64,000 nt of DNA, taken from NCBI GenBank assembly GCA_964035545.1, contig OZ037771.1, positions 2,243,628-2,307,627 of the forward strand, read 5' to 3'. The translations under genes were made by a program, and so were the position numbers. This DNA is from Bugula neritina (Eukaryota; Animalia; Bryozoa). Below are positions 62,749 through 64,000 of the stretch, piece by piece. The notes under the pieces were generated by a model that did no database searches, was not told the origin of the DNA, and worked only from the letters and a program-made list of their open reading frames with translations. Positions within the stretch are counted from its first letter, which is position 1; every line of letters begins with the position of its first letter.

Positions 62749-64000
62749 CTGCAAAACCAAAAACAAACATTAGAAGAATTTTGTTCAGAACTACAAATGT
62801 CCGACAGTAGTTTAGTTTAAATTCTGCATTTGGAACATTTACAGCATTCCTAAAGTCAGAACACAATAGTATGTAGAGTCTTGAATGACTATTTACAAAT
62901 ACAAGTTCAAAATATTTTATTTTACTGATTTTATTTGAAATAACAAAATCACAATCGGAAATAGTACATAAAAATATTTTAAATCTGAAATAAAGCAAAG
63001 CATGAGGTTGATTGTCATATCTGGAGCCAGGAGCTGGATGCTGCCCTACAACAGAGAGAGAAAGAGCATGTCAAACAAATGACAGTGAGTGAGAGTACCA
63101 GACTGTGAGACCACAGCAAGTGAGCCAGGCCAGCCATGAGAGAGATCAGTCAAATACAGTTTGGAAAGGTTGACAGGCTGAAGCCCAGCTCACTGGCCCG
63201 TGGGCCCAGTGGCCCACTAGCCTACTGGCGTATTCACTCAGTGTTGTTTGTCAGACATGATTTCTCTCCCTGACTGGCCCAACCGACATGCCATTAAACT
63301 TTATTATCTATTGCCTATTTAATTATTATTTCTTGTTTATTTATTACTTATTGTTTATTTATTACTTATTGTTTATTTAGTATTTATCCATTACTTATTA
63401 TAATTATTATTTATTTATCATTATGATTTGTTTACACTAAACTTTTGCTACTCAAGTTAAATACAATACAAATAATTTCTAAACCAAAGCAAAGCTTAAC
63501 TTTTAAATAAGTTTTATTATTTATTCTTCTATTATAGCATAAAATTATAGATTGTGCATTTTTTCCAAAAAAATTAAAATATAATAATGCTGGCATTGCA
63601 TTGTATTAGTATGATTTCTAAGAAAAGTAACTAAAAACACACAAAATGAATATCTGTAAGATTCCACTTACCTGCCCCTTTGATTGCAGAACCAAGTCTG
63701 ATAATCCACCACACCGTCTACTGATAAGTTTATTACACAAACTCCACGTATGAATGGCAGTCAGAAATTTATAAAACTCTTAAAGATATTTCAGTTCTGC
63801 AGAGTTATTTTATCATCTTTGCATTTTACTAAATACCTATTTGCTGCGAATGAATGGAGGCATTGAACACAGTTTGAGAAAACTCGTGTTTCACTAAGCA
63901 TCATTAAATTGCTTTTATATTTTAATTCTTTTTATAAACATGATACATTTCAAACATATAATTGCTATTGAACAAAGAACTGCTATTAAATATAGCAAAG

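Noticed and set aside
63000-63300. GC-richer stretch with ggcccgtgggcc motifs as a collagen exon or MITE
   Set aside because: No Gly-X-Y frame, and no terminal inverted repeats or target-site duplication that I could define.

Overview
AT-rich, intron-rich genomic DNA from an invertebrate animal; the species cannot be determined from the sequence. Most real genes are spliced, so the ORF track misses or fragments them. From left to right: (1) a large head-to-head inverted duplication (about 3.4-22 kb) in which each arm carries a 5-exon SLC16/MCT transporter gene followed by a small 3-exon secreted 8-cysteine SVWC (single-domain von Willebrand factor C) gene; (2) a tandem expansion of these SVWC genes (five genes in all, plus an orphan first exon) with conserved RFX X-box-like motifs upstream; (3) an 8-exon FMN-dependent alpha-hydroxy acid oxidase ending in SKL, with an altered active-site loop; (4) a large ICE1-like (little elongation complex) gene head-to-head with cyclin C; (5) two collinear type IV collagen C-terminal modules (Gly-X-Y plus NC1, both alpha2-like) in tandem on the minus strand. 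The downstream collagen module has no obvious start or 7S region of its own, yet matches the upstream module in length to the nucleotide. It looks like a swappable alternative 3' half of one collagen IV gene, or else one of a pair of short-chain collagen IVs. Exon coordinates were read by hand from GT-AG sites and reading-frame phase.
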